Assembly: GCA_013239625.1 (NCBI GenBank)
Contig: MU054391.1
Location: 2,695,130 to 2,759,129 of the forward strand
DNA: 64,000 nucleotides
Source: Lama guanicoe
Taxonomy: Eukaryota
Reading direction: 5' to 3'
This document shows, one piece after another, positions 1 through 11,670 of the stretch. How positions within the stretch are numbered: the stretch's first letter is position 1; the number at the start of each line of letters is the position of its first letter. A model generated the notes under the pieces. It searched no databases, was not told where the DNA came from, and saw only the letters and a program-made list of their open reading frames with translations. The position numbers and the translations under genes were made by a program.

Positions 1-1299
1 CTGCAGCTGCGGTCACGGAGCTGGGTGTGTAAACAGCTTGTAAGGGCAGCACCTGCTTTGACTGTTGTGAGATTTTCCTGCGTGTCTGTGTTTTAAAAAG
101 AACCTGTGAACACACAAAATTTCCTGAAGGGGCAGCTGAGTCGTAGGAAACAAAAATCCCTTCCACTTCTACAGAGGACTCGCATGGTTTTGGGGGCAGA
201 ATTTTTTCCTTCTTGTAATATCCTGGACGCCGGTTTTTCCAGTGGGCGTGTAGGATTAAGCCGAGCACTGTCTGTGAGGATATTGTGTCTTTGTAACACA
301 ATTCCAAGTGACACCCATTTGCTACAGGGGCATATAAAACAGGTGTCTGTCTCTCCCCATCGCAGGTAAACACACATCCAGTTCTTGCTAAATGATCGCT
401 TTTCTAAGAAGCAGCTCTCAAATCAGACACGATAGGACCTCGATCACAGACACTCTCAGTGTTAAACAGCTGGTCTTCCGCTGTTGCTGTCCTGGCGCCA
501 ACGAGCTGTCAGGGCAGAGAGTGACTGAACGCTGGCCAAGGCTCCCTGGATCGGAGAGAAGAGGAGACACATGGGGTGCTGGCAGCCGGCCAGCCCTGAT
601 ATTCACTTTCTCATCAAAAGAGAGACTGTTTGAGTCATAAACGTGCTCCTGATGCAACTAACCTGGGGCCTTCAGGGCGCAGCGAGTTTCTCCTCCACTT
701 CATCTCCAACATTTGCTGCAGAAAAGAACCCCCAACAGGGTGATCAGCTTCTTCTGTACGATTACAGAAGCGTGACGTCTGGCCCGTCCACAAGTATCAA
801 TACGTCCTTGACCTTGATGGAAGATGAAAGTCAATGAGTTAACCACAGCGCGGCCGGCAGGGGCTCAGGGAGACGTGAGGAAGCCCGTCCCTTGGCAGAC
901 ACAGAAGGAGAGCCTGAGGCAGGAATGTTTCCAGGAAAAAGCCAAAGAGATGATAGCAGCAAAGTTTAAAAAATAAATTATACTCAGTGACTTTCAAATA
1001 ATTAAATATATATTTTTCTTAGACTCTATTTCAAAGAAAGTATGCATCAAATCACGAATGTACAGGATAGGGGAGAATAAAATTACAAAGAACCGACTCT
1101 CTCTTTTTTCTTGTTTTATTCTTGATTGACCTCCAGTGGGGACTACCCCAGACTCTTAAATTTCGGTTGGAAAGACCCAGCCTCTTTCCCTCACCAGACA
1201 CTTACAGAAAGAACAACATGAACATTCTCTAATGTTCTAGCCTGGACAGTGACCATGGTCTTCCTTCTTTTGCTTTATTTGCCTTGTTTTTACGTAAAG

Positions 1300-2010
1300 A
1301 AGAAACTCTCCAAGAGAGAAATAGCGCGGGGGCAGGAGAGGCTCCAGGAGGATGCCAGCAGGAAAGGGAGAGCAGGATGGGGTCACGCCTCTGTCAGAGG
1401 TCAGGGGTGACGTTCTGGTACTTTTGGGGGGTTGTGAAGGTCAAGGCCCAGGAGTGTCTGAGTCCAGACCCGCCCCCGCCGCCGGTGCTCTCTGAGCGAC
1501 GCTGAGCCGCGAGAGCCCCCTCCCCCAGTGCTGGAGCGGAGAGCTCGGCTTGGACCCAAAGTCACAGGAGAGCATGCCGGCTCCTCTGGCCACAAACCTG
1601 AGAACAAGAGAGCCGAAGCCCTCCACGCCTCTTAGCAGCCCGTGTGCAGGAAGGAGCAGAAAATGAGACGAGCTGGTACCCAACTCCCCACGCACGACGC
1701 TCAGCTCCCATCACGTGCGCACTGAGCTGGAGCGCAAAGGACGCCGTGAGGCTGGAGCGGACTGAGCACGGGGAGATGAGCCCAGAAAGGCAGAGGGCTG
1801 GGGACCGCGAGCTCCTGTGCTTCCCTGTGAGGGAGACGGGAGCCACAGGAGGAAGGGGTGCGGCAGAGGCTGGTGTGGTTTCCCAAGGGTCAGGAGTGAG
1901 CTTCCCGCTCGGGGCTGTTCCCACCGCGCCGCGGAGAGCCAGCGGCGGCTTCGGTCCTGAGCGCTATTTCCATATTTCCAGCTCGCCTGCAGCCACGCTG
2001 GTGGCCTCCT
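1300..2010. promoter_or_regulatory. GC/CpG-rich patch (CpG-island-like)
   Basis: Visibly high GC and many CpGs (e.g. cccgcccccgccgccgg, ccaccgcgccgcgg); overlapping ORFs have no recognisable product. Confidence 0.4.
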
Positions 2011-2180
2011 ATGTTGTTCTGCCAATTCCACCCCCGCCTCCTTCCTTCCTCCCAACATCCACGCTTTCCACCTCTCCTCTTGGGCACCCATCAGTCCGGC
2101 TCCAACAAACCACCTCCTCTTGCACAGCTCATCTAGATTTCTTCTTTTCTTTTTTTTTATAGCTCAGTTTTTATAGCTCA

Positions 2181-2219
2181 TGTGTGTGTGTATATATATA
2201 CACACACACACACACACAC
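2181..2219. repeat. Compound microsatellite (TG)n(TA)n(CA)n
   Basis: tgtgtgtgtg tatatatata cacacacaca... read directly. Confidence 0.95.
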
Positions 2220-2400
2220 CATCTTCCAGAGATAAGACTGCCCCTAGGAAGTGAAGTAGAGTTTGTAGAAATATAGAAATTCTTATTTTACATGTGAACG
2301 TATGCACACCTGTAGAGAGATCAGCCTTTAATACAACTGCCATTTCACTTTAAGTCAGCAGAAGAGTTACAATTCTTCTCAGGGTGGAAACTGCATTCCT

Positions 2401-2427
2401 TGTGTATGTGTGTGTGTGTGTGTGTGT
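2401..2427. repeat. (TG)n microsatellite
   Basis: Read directly. Confidence 0.95.
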
Positions 2428-2482
2428 TTCCCCTCAGCTGTACCTCCGAGGCACCCGCTCCCTCTGAGTCTGTTTGTCCTTG

Positions 2483-2614
2483 TTCATTCCTCCATTCCCT
2501 TGTTTAACGAGCATATTTGGCATGGATTATGTCCCAGACATTATGCTAAATTTGAAGGATCAAAGATGAACAGATGCACCCCCATGCCCTCCAGGAGTTT
2601 ACAGATGAGCAGGG
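2483..2614 (-). mobile_element. LINE-2 3' end relic
   Basis: ttcattcc...catatttgg...tatgtcccagacattatgcta...gatgaacaga...tgccctccaggagtttacag resembles the reverse complement of the L2 3' terminus. Confidence 0.7.
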
Positions 2615-4059
2615 ATAACACACTTTACAACTGCAGACCTGTGCAGAGCGCAGGAACGCACTGTGTGTTTGAACAGGTGTGGTCAGGCCCTTCCTCAGAG
2701 AAAAGCTAAATGGCCAAGGACAGAGAGGAGGGCAGAGCACTATTACACAAAGTCCTAACCTGGGCTGTTCAGGGAACAATGCATCAAACATCGGAAAAGT
2801 GACTTCTAAGTTACCAAATCGTGTGTGTCACAGTCTTGACAAAACCTCAAACTGTTCACTGAGGCCTTTAGTTGAATGTCTTCCTATTCGGAGATTTCTG
2901 AACCTCTGAATGTAGCCTGAATTCCATTACTAAATATGTAACATTAAGTGGAAATAATGTTTTTCACCCAATAAAAAAACCCTTTACCTCATCTTGATAT
3001 TATTGCTAAGCCTGCGTAGGTGGTTCCTGCCAAAAGAGAGAAGGATGCAAATGCATCTGCGTCCCAAACACGAGTTGCTCTCAAACTGCAAGTGTTTCCT
3101 TCAAGCCCTGTCGCTTCCATCGAGTAAGCAAATCCAAATCCTTCATATGTTAAAAGCTTGTAAAAGTAAACTAGGAGAAAGACCCAAAGCTGGTCCAGGT
3201 TGCAGAGACAGCTTCACGCCTCTGTTCGTATACCTGCGACTCTCTGGAGCTGGGGATTCAGCCCCGAGGACCATACCCTGGTGGGCGGTGACAGAGCGAG
3301 GACTGCAGCCCCCGTTTCAGGACGAAAACAACGGAAGCAGCACTGCGGGGACGTCTCGGTGTGTCCTTGCTCCACCCTGTCTGGGAAGAGATAGGATCGG
3401 AGAAGCATTAGCCTCATTTTCACGAACCTCAAGAGGTGGGTCCACACACTGCTGTCCGTCTGCCTGCCTCGCGTCTGCCGTGCGCCCCGGCCTGCCCGTC
3501 CCGCGCCCACGGGCGGGTGGGTCTCAAGCAGGAAGAACAGTTCGCACCTGTTCTTCCCTGGAAAGAGGGCCTTCCCCTGCCCAAGGCCAGGACCTCACAC
3601 TACCCCGTCTCCTGGTTTCTGGTGGCCCAGGGCCAACGCTGGCCACGGGGACCCACGGGCAGTGCTGGCGGGTGCTCACTGTTCCAGCATCCCCTGCACT
3701 CCAGCTGCAGGTCTCGCCTTCGCCACCTCCTCATTAGCGTGTTGCCCATTTCACCCAGACGGTTGCCTAGGTTAGCGTCCTGCCTACTGCTTCCAGGGCA
3801 CCGTCTCGACTTCAGTCTTTGCCACCAATCAGCAGTGTCTCCGCCCTCCAAGGTCCCTAGTGCCCTGGACTTAGGATCACTGGTGTTGCAGGCCCTACAC
3901 GTGGGTTGCACATAAGATGACACTATAGCCCTTGATCAGTTGTGTCTCTCGAGCTCCACCGTCACCTGATTCTAGAAGCATCTGTGACGGGTCAAGGGCA
4001 GGGCTTAAGGACAGATCTTACCCGTCAAGTGGTGTGAGTTCTTTGTGACGCAGTTCCAG

Positions 4060-4230
4060 CTACCTTAGGGCAGGTTCCTTGGATTCAGAGCCTAAGACAG
4101 AGATTTCTGTGCAAATGATTTACTGGGGAAGCTTCCCTAGGAGGGGGGAGTAAGGAAACGGAAGAAAGAGGTGGTCTCTGATGAGGTCAGACTCCGTGCG
4201 ATTCCAGAGGGAGCTCATCGGCACCAGGGA
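4060..4230. mobile_element. Old ERVL-class LTR fragment (LTR16/LTR33-like)
   Basis: taccttagggcaggttcc...cagagcctaagacagagatttctgtgcaaatgatttactggggaag resembles the terminus of ancient ERVL LTRs. Confidence 0.45.
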
Positions 4231-5919
4231 AATCAAAGCTGTTTTATCTTTAGGCAACAGGACCTGGATCTGTGCACCCTTTTCCATCAGTGGTGGCCTG
4301 TGAGCACGGCATAGCTCTCCACGTATCCGTGGGCTAGGCAGTCACTGCTCTTGTCGGCTGAGAGATGGATACACCAGTTGATAGAGGGGGTCTGCGCAGA
4401 GCACCGAAAGCTCCCATTACACCGGCTTTCTCCCACCGCGGTGCCTCGAGGGGCTCGCCCAGGCTACGTTCATGCGCACCTCTCACTCTGCTATTCAGAA
4501 ACACTATTTAATTTCCTCTTTAATATGGCTGCCGGATTAGGACCTCTCTCATTAAAGATCTTTTTTTGGAAACCTTACCTTGTATTTGTGCAGTGGCATT
4601 CTGAATGCCTGGACTTACCCTATTCGGACCAATTCATTTTCAGACAGATTTCAGTCTCCATCCTATGGGAACCCCGGGTCCTCTACAAACCATGGGATAT
4701 GTTAGCTTTACTAATTTGGAACAAGGAGAACTTAAGTCCAAAAATGGAGTCAAAAAGGGTTCGGATGTTCCGTCTTCCTTGCTTACGTAGAAAGGCCTGG
4801 CTTCCAATGTAATTTCTATTCCTGCACAGAATGTCTAATCACATGATGAAAACTAGGCTAGTGGCTAAATACCAGGCGTCTTACCTAGGGTTCCGGGCGC
4901 ACACGGCAGAGGCTCACTTCTGACTGGACCTGCGATGGTTGGTTTAGTCGTGCACTACAGCCGGTAGCGACCACTTGCTCCCACCTTACGGTCAGTGCCA
5001 GCAGAAGAGACTGAGGCCTCTCACGAAGCCTATTCCTTAGCTCAAAGCAGGGCGTTTCCCACCCGGCTTGACCCGTTTCTCGGCGTGGAGAGAGGCCACG
5101 GGCCCCAGTTCCGAGGCCTGTGATGAGGTGTGCCGTTCTCAGGTCCAGTTCACAGAAGACACGACCTATATGTCTTCACATTTGATTCTCCTCCCAGGCG
5201 ATACCCCAGGGCACACTTGTGTTGATGAAAGCAGGATGCTGGAATGCCAAGCGTGCCCGCTTGGAACTCTCTCGAGTGAGAAATAAGCTTTATGTTTGAG
5301 CCAATATCCACCTTTCCCTCAGCATACTAACAAGAAGTCAGATAGCGCCCTCAGCTTCGTATAATTTGAAGATAGTTTACTTGTGAAGGGACTGATCGCA
5401 TCAGTCTGGGCAGGATGGAGGGGACCACAGGGGAGAGCGCCATAGCCCAGGTCCACCAGCAGCCTGAAGGGATGGGGAGAAGAGGTCACTGGAAACAAAA
5501 AGAGGGGCCTGGAACAGGTCCTCCTGAGAGAGGTGATGCTCTGTCCAGGACACGGCCGGCCCAAGATAACGTCCCAGGAAAGGATCTAGAGAAGAAAGCC
5601 TTGCCCTCATTCCACTCCCCGCTCTCACCTCCCTCGGGGGTGAGGGGGCTCCCTTTTGGGAAAAAAAAAAAGGAAGCCAGAGGGCATGGAACTGATCAGT
5701 CAGCCTCCTGGGGCAAAGGGCAGGACTGAACGGGAAGTCCTAGGCCAGTGGACTATATCAACAAGTTCACTTCGGGATATACTTGTTGTGTCAGTCAGTC
5801 TCCCCTAACTAACCAGCCTAAGCCACGGGGCGAGGAGGAGGTGCAGCCTGCCCCAGACACCAGATCGGGGCCGCTCACATGAATGTTCCATGAGAGGAAG
5901 CTAATAAGCTCCTGGAAAT

Positions 5920-6250
5920 TTTTTATTGTTAGAAATTCTATCTATTACTGTGTCAAATCTAATCTCCTCCATCCTCCATCCACTGGGCAGCTATCTTCTC
6001 TGTGAGGTTAAATAGAATAAAGCTAGACCCTCTGTCACATTACAGTCCTGCAGATGCTTGAAGGCAGTTACCATATCCCCTCCCACACTACTCCTTCCGC
6101 CCTCCCCGCAGGAACGCCGGAGCCCTCAGCGCCCTGGACGCCGTGGCTGAGGGACCCTTCAGCACGCCGGCTGTGTCCTCGGCGTGGTCACTCGCTTGGG
6201 GGTCTCCCTAATAAATGGAACTGCCAGGAGCTGAAGAAAGTACTCCCCGG
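5920..6250 (-). mobile_element. CR1/L3 LINE relic
   Basis: attgttagaaattct...ccatccactgg...cacattacagtcctgcagatgcttgaaggcagttaccatatcccc...ccaggagctgaagaaagtactcc follows the L3 3' consensus in order. Confidence 0.65.
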
Positions 6251-6391
6251 GCAACCCATTTATTTTCCGTACAAAGAAGCTATTCCTAGAATTATCCTCT
6301 AATTAAATAAAGTAAAAATTCTTGAGTTTTTAAAGTCTTCATGTCAAGGAGTGAATCAGATAGCTTTTGATAACTACAACGTCCTGCAGGT

Positions 6392-6618
6392 CAGAGGTCA
6401 GCAATTTTTTTTTCCATCAAGAGCCAGATAGTAAATATTTTAGGCTGTGCGAGCCAGACAGTCTCTGAGAAAACTACTTCACGACGTGTTCCAGCAGGAA
6501 AGCAGCCACAGACCAGATGCAAATGGATGCGTGTGGCTGGCTTCCAACAAGTTATTTATAAGAACCGGCCAGGCCACTGGGCAGAGTCGACCTGTGGATG
6601 AAAGTTTGCTGACACCTG
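6392..6618 (+). mobile_element. MER58A-like hAT-Charlie MITE, near full length
   Basis: Terminal inverted repeats cagaggtcagcaa / ttgctgacacctg; internal gccagatagtaaatattttaggct and gaaagcagccacagac are typical of MER58A. Confidence 0.85.
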
Positions 6619-6626
6619 CTCTGAGC

Positions 6627-6780
6627 CAGGGGTTCTCAAACTTGGCTTCACATTCGAATGTCTGGGGAAGATTTTAAAATCCTGATCCCCGGGACACACT
6701 CATCACAATTAAACCACGTTATCTGGGAAGGGGGGGTCTGGCTAGGGCCGGAGGCCCAGGCTCCCAAACGCTCCCCATTA
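6627..6780. mobile_element. MER5-like hAT-Charlie MITE
   Basis: Begins caggggttctcaaactt (MER5 TIR cagtggttctcaaactt), then ...ctggggaagattttaaaatcctgatccccggg. Confidence 0.65.
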
Positions 6781-7042
6781 ACCCAGTCTGGGCGGCCATC
6801 TAGCCCCCGGCTCTGCCTCCTCTGACCCCCCAGGAGAGCAGCTGGGGGGTCTCGCGATGGCCTGGTGGGAGGCCCGAGGGGAGGTCTGGGCGCCCACTCG
6901 AAGTTTGCTGGTGCTGGTGGGGTCAGGCCGCAGAGCTTCCTGCTGTTCATCTGGAGGGAAGCAGGTATTGTCGCAGCTTTTCTGCCTTGATAGGCTGCCC
7001 CTTTCTTCATCCTTTGGCAGGAGAGAGAGGCTTTGCTGGGTC

Positions 7043-7207
7043 CTTTTTTTTTTTTTTTTTTTTTTTTCCTTTTTTTTGTGTTTTTTTTTTTTTNNNNNNN
7101 NNNNNNNNNNNNNNNNNNNNNNNNNNNNNNNNNNNNNNNNNNNNNNNNNNNNNNNNNNNNNNNNNNNNNNNNNNNNNNNNNNNNNNNTTTTTTTTTTTTT
7201 TTTTTTT
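7043..7207. other. Assembly gap (94 N, 7094-7187) inside a long poly(T) tract
   Basis: Run of n flanked by T-rich runs on both sides. Confidence 0.98.
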
Positions 7208-7964
7208 GTCTTCCTTTCTTGGCGTTTGCAGGTGGCCAACTTCTTCAGCTCCGAACCTGGACTAGACAGACCTTACCCGCGCCGTCTTCAGCTCCAAGCT
7301 CTCTCACTGGTCTGCCTTCCTTTTCAGAAAGAGACACCTCCCCGAGTTCCTGTGCTTGTCTCACTTGGACTGTCCCGGGCCTGGGCGCCACCCCGCGGGA
7401 GGGGCAGGGAGTCCCAGTCCGCCTTCCTGCTCCCGCGGGCCCTCTGGGTCTTACTTTCACATTCAATGTCAGCAGGCTGGTCCCCTCCCATCTTCCACCT
7501 GAGTCACCTTGTTTCACCTACTAGTAAGGCAGGTGCTCTGCGCTAAGCAGGTCACCCCGGGAAGCAGTCAGGAGCCACAGCAGATGTGGTTCTTTCTGTA
7601 GGAGATTCAGGAAAGCATTGATTCAGTTGGTGACCCACTGTCCTGGAGACGTGATGTTCTGCGGAGCGTGGAATTGGAAGTTCCAAGCTCATTCTGCACA
7701 CAAAGGCCACCAAGCATATCCCTGCAGGGGTAGAATACTTTCACTATGTTCTGTTCTTCAGTGTCACGTTCTCTGAGCTAAGAGGTCCCCAGATGTGGTC
7801 TCCAGACCCACAGCGGCTCCTGGAAGCCTCCTAGAAGGGCAGCCCTTCGGCACCACCAAGAACTGCGACCCAGAAGTCCCATCTGAGAACCACAGCTCTA
7901 ATCAACCAACATGGCGACCTGATCATATCATTTTGATGCATCTTCCTTCCTGGGCGTCTTCATT

Positions 7965-8306
7965 CAGTGGTTCTCAATTATTTTTTGTCCATTAATCACG
8001 TGAGGACTTCAAAGCAAGCAGAATGCCTGTGTCATCCTGGAGACTGTGAGTTAATTGGTCCAGGCTGTGGCCCGGTTTCCAGAAATTTTGAAAGGTCCCA
8101 AGATGCAGTAAATAATGATCATGTTCCCCCACAAACCTTTCAACTCCCCCCTCCCTTAAATAGGAGCACCACCTTGTTTTACAGTCAGTTAATTAGTGAG
8201 TGCAGCTGACTGGATTTTGATCAAGCAGATCTGGGGGACCCAGGAAGCCCATTTTTATAAGAATCTCAAATTTTCTGTGGCAGAGACCAGTTTTGAACAA
8301 CACTGG
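7965..8306. mobile_element. MER5-like MITE fragments (two pieces, about 7965-8105 and 8210-8306)
   Basis: cagtggttctcaa at the start and ...ttttgaacaacactg at the end; internal gatctgggggacccaggaagcccatttttataag. Confidence 0.6.
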
Positions 8307-8769
8307 CTGGAAATACCTGCCTTGATCCCCAGACGATACGAAACAAGAAATGCTTCCAGCAGAATTAAATTCACTGGCTGCCTGCGTGTCCTAGGAGACA
8401 CTGCTACAGCACCCAGAATTCCTGGGTCGTCTCCGTTTGAAGCAGGCTCCTTCACAGCCGCTTGCAGCTTCCTTCAACCCGCCACTGCTTCTGTGACCTT
8501 GTGTTACAGAACCTGTTTATCAGAGGGCTTACGGCTACAAGAGGCTTTCTAAAAATAAACCTGTCCGTCAACTTGGCTACTTTCTGCCTATGTTTTCAGT
8601 AACCTCTGGTGATCCCCTAGGAGTTGGTAATGAGAATTAATTTGCACTAGCCTCACATCAAGACTAATTCTGTTCTGCAAACACTATATTTCATTTCCCT
8701 TTCCCACTATTTTCACCCCAGTATGTACCAGGGAATACCTAACACAATAACACTATAAAAACATGTCTG

Positions 8770-8850
8770 TACACCCAAATAAATCCCAGATGGATTAAAG
8801 ATGGAAATGTTAAAAACAAGAAACTGAAGCATATAAGCCTGGAAAATAAT
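8770..8850 (+). mobile_element. Old L1 ORF2 fragment
   Basis: tacacccaaataaatcccagatggattaaagatggaaatgttaaaa matches the conserved L1 'KINSRWIKDLNV' coding stretch. Confidence 0.65.
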
Positions 8851-9389
8851 TCTTTAATCTTGAGGTTACTGATCTGGCAAAACTCCAATATCAATATCTT
8901 TCTGCTCGCCTCGGGAGCTTGTCACATTCTTCAGAGAGACTGGCAGTCGGGCTGCCCATCGGGTGGGAGCCAGTGGGCAGGGCCCCCAGGACATTGGCGT
9001 CCAGGCTCCTGTGTTCCTGGATCGCCCGGCCAGTGGGGTGGCTCCAGGCTGCACGCCCCCCGAGGTCTCGGGCAGGGAGGTGCCGTGTTGGACACACATG
9101 AGGACAGAGCTCCGGGCTCTGGCGCGTGGGGGTCTGCACGTGGCCCAGATGCTCAGAGAGGGGGCCTGTCTGGGCTTGTCTTCTCTCTCTCTGCCCCTGC
9201 ACACACCTCCAGGTCCAGAGTGCCCAGTGCCAGCCTAGGGCTGTGGGGCTCGTCCTGGTCACAGGGACGCCTCTGTGGACGCAGAATACCACTTCCCCGG
9301 TCCTGAGGCCCTCTCCTGCTTCTCCACGAGCTTCCAGCTCCTGAAAGCTGCTCCTCTTGGACTCAAGGCCCTGGTGGATTTATGGCTTT

Positions 9390-9522
9390 TGCTTTTTTCT
9401 TGAGGGGGGAGGGTGTAATTATGTCTATTTCTTTATCTGCTTTTAGAAGAGGTTCTGGGGATTGTACCCAGGACCTTGTGCACACTGAGTGGGTGCTCTA
9501 CCACCTGAGCTGTACCTTCCCC
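9390..9522 (-). mobile_element. tRNA-derived camelid SINE (Vic-1-like) with 15-bp TSD
   Basis: Reverse strand reads GGGGAAGGTACAGCTCAGGTGGTAGAGC...GGTCCTGGGTACAATCCCCAG (degenerate Pol III A and B boxes), then an A-rich/C-rich tail. Flanked by tggatttatggcttt (9375-9389) and tggatttatgacttt (9523-9537). Confidence 0.9.
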
Positions 9523-11504
9523 TGGATTTATGACTTTGGAGAAGCCCCTTTACTCTAGACTTCAAAGGGTTTGAAGAGGGAGTAAAAAAGAGATGCATGT
9601 ATTCCAGCTGTCATTTTGACCTGGAGAAGATGATGATCTATTTTATTTTTAATGCTTCAAGACAGGGAATAAATACTAAAGTCCTGTGAAAAGCATTGAG
9701 AGTAAGCATTGAAAAAAAAAGAAACTTTTAAATATAACAAAGTAGAAAAGTGTGGTCACAAAAGAGAACTGCTGCTCACGAATGCTCATCCGGGTCGGAG
9801 AGGGCGCCGCTCCACTGGACAGACGCCCTCTGCTCCCAGGAAGGACCGCCCGGGAGCGTGACAGTGGGGTCGGCCTCCTCCCATCTCCAGCACCTTGCAA
9901 AAAAATAAATAAATGATAGGTCTTCTTGCAAAGAAAATTCCAGATTTTCTCAGCCACACTCCGCTATTTTAAAAGCTATCTATTTTGGCAGAAAAATCCC
10001 TCCCTTGTTTTAAATAAAAGTATTCGTGCGGAAACTCAAGTCCGGTTTTGCTCAGCCGGCCGGTTTCTGCTCTGACTAATCGTCTGTTGATGATGTAAAG
10101 CCTGTTCTTAGGGCTCGTCCACACCGTCTCTCTGGTGAATGAAAAGTAAATAATCCATTGCACTTCCTGATACTTATTTCCAGGTCTTGCTTCATCTTGA
10201 CTTTTCCTTCCTCAACCTCCCCCAAGCTGTCTGCGTCACTTCTTCGGCTGATCACGCCATAACTGCGCTGAGATCGTGGTGGGGCAGCCTGGCCAGCCAG
10301 GGTATCGGTTTCCCACGGTGCCTGCACATTCACTGTTACTTTTGCATCTTAATATATTGGTGCCCCAGATATCACTAATGAGTGTTTCTTTCACAACCAC
10401 TATGAGTTTCAGACCTTTTGCACCAAACTTTCTCACTGTTCATCCCTTGGCTGGTGTTCATGCCTTTTCTTTCTCTCCTAATTGCACCACTGCAGCGTCA
10501 GAGCAGTTGAGCTTTTTTCAAAGCTGAATTGGTTACGGTAAGGCATGGCCGCTTGATGGGATCAAAGATTTACAAGCACAGTGCAGAGTCCAAACAGTCT
10601 TTGGTTTCATTGGTTCGAAGTGAATCTAAACTGTACGCATGAGCATTACCCAGACATTCGTGGGTGGAGGGAGGGAGCCCTGAGTAGGTCTTCCTTCTTT
10701 CCGGTCAGAAGCCAGCCCTGAGAGCATCGCTCAGAGCATCACTCAGCCCTGGTGGCCCAGGGGACCCGTCGTGATCGAGAGTCACAGAAGACAGAAAGCT
10801 GTTTTGACTTCATTGACAAAGTGCTGGGAGACAGAGGCTGCTCCCGTGTGGCCGTGGTAAGAAACAGAATAAGCTTAGGTATTGATAAATAATCACTTAA
10901 ATTGAGTTAATAAAGCCATCATATGATACCTATTGATACGTGTTCCTTAAACGGTTGCTCAGCTTTGCATCTTGACTTATGATAGTGATAGAAATTAACT
11001 TCCACCGGTAATAATGCGTGCAGGTGGCTTGATCATATTTATCATCCAGTCCGACATCCTTTGCGAGTGAAAGGATGTGCCATCAATAGTCGTGCGGGTA
11101 AACGGAAATAAACCAGGACTATCTCGGGGAAATAGCAGCGCGTGTCCCCCTTTTTCGTGAGGAGCGTCTTTGTTAAGAGAGCGCAACTGACTGAATTGTG
11201 CTCTCAAGGCCCCCAGACCAGCTTGGCGGTGGTGCAGGGAAATCGCATCAGCTCCCCTGGCTTCGTAACCAATAGCTGCTCTTCAAACCCCAGCGCGTGG
11301 GGCGGCAGAGGCCACCGCTCTGCCTGGCTGTTCTGCAGTCGTGAGGAGCATCACTGAAGAGCTGTGTGTGACTTGGTTTCGTCTATAAAGATCTTGTGGG
11401 GAGATGTGGCTCCCACGCGGCTGGTCCCTTCTCCACAGCTGGTGAAGAGTGTTCTCAAGGGAAGAGAAAGCTGAAATCACAGACGAGAAATCAAGCAAGC
11501 AAGC

Positions 11505-11670
11505 AGGATTTTGACTATAAGCTAGATTTGAACTTAAGTGAATTATTTTTTCTTCTCTGAGCCTCAGCGACTTCATCTGTGAATGAAGTTGGATGAATAA
11601 AATGTATCTGTAGTGTGACTTGAAGGAGATAACCAAGGCGCTCGACACACAGTACGTACTTAGTAGATGC
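11505..11670 (+). mobile_element. MIR SINE relic
   Basis: MIR core ctctgagcctcag...catctgtgaatga and 3' end gcgctcgacacacagtacgtacttagtagatg. Confidence 0.7.

Noticed and set aside
2994..3737. Longest ORF (247 aa)
   Set aside because: Non-ATG start, no recognisable domain, composition typical of chance ORFs in GC-rich DNA, and no supporting exon structure.
6857..7546. 229-aa ORF and overlapping ORFs
   Set aside because: Open only because they cross poly(T) and the N gap.
9390..9522. Possible tRNA gene
   Set aside because: Degenerate B box, SINE tail and 15-bp TSD show that it is a tRNA-derived SINE.
10076..10527. Coding-looking stretch with ORFs on both strands
   Set aside because: All frames are interrupted by stops within the stretch and no peptide is recognisable.
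11054..11078. Perfect 9-bp hairpin acatccttt-N7-aaaggatgt
   Set aside because: A few stems of this length are expected by chance in 64 kb.
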